Assembly: GCF_036588685.1 (NCBI RefSeq)
Contig: NC_086385.1
Coordinates: 12,214,001 to 12,278,000, forward strand
DNA length: 64,000 nt
Direction: 5' to 3'
Source of the DNA: Mytilus trossulus
Taxonomy: Eukaryota
The notes under the pieces are model-generated. The model was not told the origin of the DNA. It was given only the letters and a program-made list of their open reading frames with translations, and did not search any database. Position numbers and translations under genes: made by a program. Below, in pieces: positions 61,970 through 64,000 of this stretch (its first letter is position 1; the number at the start of each line of letters is the position of its first letter).

Positions 61970-63862
61970 ATACCTGCGATTCCGTTTTCTGTTCGTACGA
62001 TGTTTCAACAAAATATGGAATCATTTCAGTTGTTGATTTAGTATTGAAAATTTGACTGAATTATCTTTTATAATATACGGTTTTATATGTTTAATTGGTG
62101 TTTTTTTAAGAAAGAGGTCAGGTGCTCTTGTTCATTCATAAAATTGTCGTTCATTCATAAATTTATCGTAAAATCAAAATCACTACACAGGTTATCAGGT
62201 TATACGTAGTGTCAAATGATTACCTGTAATCTAAAAATAGACAAAGTTAACTGACCTATTTTGTTGATTTGTTTGCGCAAATAATTTGGAGGAACGAAAC
62301 CCTTGTTAAAAACACATAACAATAAGTTTGTTTTCCTTTTTTGTCATAACTCCGTAAGATTCATCGATCACCTTACTAATGAAATGGACCCGTCCAAACG
62401 TGATAGATGCCAAGTCCAGATGAAGAGATATTTACAATTTGGAATTTTCTAGTTTCATGGATATCATATTCAAAACTGGGTAACTTATGCATGACAAATG
62501 ATGAAACCATTATCCTCGTCTTTCCAATGGACGAGTCTACTACGTTTGTTGACCCTCGACGGTCCACCGTGTTTGCAATTTTATTTCACATGTTTTCGAA
62601 ATATTTATCATTTTCACAATGTTTCCTGAAAATTGGATAAATATCAAAGCAACTTAGAGCTGTTTGTTCTTGTTCGTATAATGACGATTTAATGTCATGT
62701 TTGTCTGTGATGGCCCCTCTTTTCGGGATTGCATGAGAATTATAGTTATCTCGTACCGCATGAGGATGACACATATCAAAAGAGCAATAATGTTTGGGAC
62801 TTAGTTTTTAAGAAATGATGACAAAGTAACATTATGAAAATATTTTTAGTCAGCTGAAATATATATTTATTTTTTACATGTTTATGTCTTGTAAAATATT
62901 TTGTTTCTTTCCCGTTTTTCAACATTTGCGTCTGGAAACGGTTGAAATGTTTTAACTGAAGTGTTAAATTTAAATTAATTATGAAAATTAAATCAATAAA
63001 GGAAATTATTGCCCAGTTACAAACATTACTAGGGGATAATCCATAATAATTTCTCTTGGAGTTATATGTTTCAGCACATGTATATTTGACCCCAACTTTA
63101 TCCTGGTAAACGTGTTAATTGTCTCCTTGTGAAGTATAAAACATATTACAAATGACTTTCTGCTAAAGTCTTTAACCCTTTCCTCCATAATGACGCCTTT
63201 TGACGCCACCCCCTTTACTCCATAATGACGCCTTTTGACGCCTGTGTAGTACCTCAGTTGAAACACTTCGATGACAAAGTGTCTGCAGTTGACTTAATAA
63301 AGTTTGTATCCAATATGAAAAGGAATATCATAGGAATATCTGACTTAAATTTATTTGATGAAATAGTTGTTTTTCACAATGCTTTAATACTTCAAATCGC
63401 AAGTTCAGCATTTTATCAAAAAAATCCTATGCGAATCAAGTATGCAAAAAAAAAATTTCAATGGAGGAAAGGGTTAATTGATATAAAGTTAAAACCTTCT
63501 TAATTCTCACTAGACAACACTCCTGTCATGTTTAATTCTTAAATATATGTGGATGGAAAAAAGTCCCCAAAACATAAACATGGCAGCAATTGCTTTTACA
63601 GCCTTTCAGGCTTTGATTAGAATAAATATAATAGGCTTTTACCACAAGTAAGAAGCATTTTCTATATATTTACATGTATGTATGTAGATTTCAGTTGTAC
63701 ATGTAAGAAAATTTGTTTTAAGTTGGCAATTGAAAAGTAAGGTCAGATACATGTAGGCATTTATTTTGGGCCAAATGTCCTGCCCTGATAATTTAAGAAG
63801 TAAATATGAACCTTATGACATTGTGATTAAGGTCAGTTCTGTCAGAGGGACTTTATACTTAT

Positions 63863-63962
63863 AGATTATCGTTGATTCTCTCAACGAGATTGATTTTCTC
63901 GCTTGAGCTGGTACAGCAAAAGTGAGAAAAGCAATCGAGTTGAGATGACCAATGATAATCTG
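63863..63962. repeat. ~40-bp-arm imperfect hairpin (probable end of a Crypton-like non-autonomous element)
   Basis: AGATTATCGTTGATTCTCTCAAC...TTTTCTCGCTT / AAGTGAGAAAAG...GTTGAGATGACCAATGATAATCT. Confidence 0.45.
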
Positions 63963-64000
63963 TTTATCACTATTTTACCTATGACGACGTTGTCAATTTC

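Overview
AT-rich, intron-containing, TE-dense animal DNA. The repeat families and the C1qDC gene point to a bivalve, probably Mytilus (inference). The centrepiece is a 25.8-kb nested rolling-circle transposon insertion (22491-48321). A ~23.5-kb autonomous Helentron (24728-48262) carries an intact 2917-aa ORF: N-terminal tandem repeat, herpes-tegument-type (VTD/C76) deubiquitinase, OTU deubiquitinase, Zn finger, HUH Rep, PIF1 helicase and APE endonuclease. It sits inside the (AAT)n microsatellite of a ~2.3-kb non-autonomous element of its own family. That element in turn splits the last coding exon of a minus-strand SAM-dependent methyltransferase gene (...HRVFHCN at 48322 rejoins CYYFWPD... 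at 22490, restoring a ~216-aa protein). The Helentron also shows candidate spliced 5'UTR exons, a decayed intron-containing cargo gene on the opposite strand (possibly OB-fold) and several nested MITEs/HINEs. Left of it are an intact DUF1647 gene and its pseudogenised duplicate, a three-exon secreted C1q-domain gene whose domain end is replaced by an in-frame internal duplication, a truncated LINE, a tRNA-derived SINE and many MITEs with definable TIRs/TSDs. All calls are by eye, without database searches.
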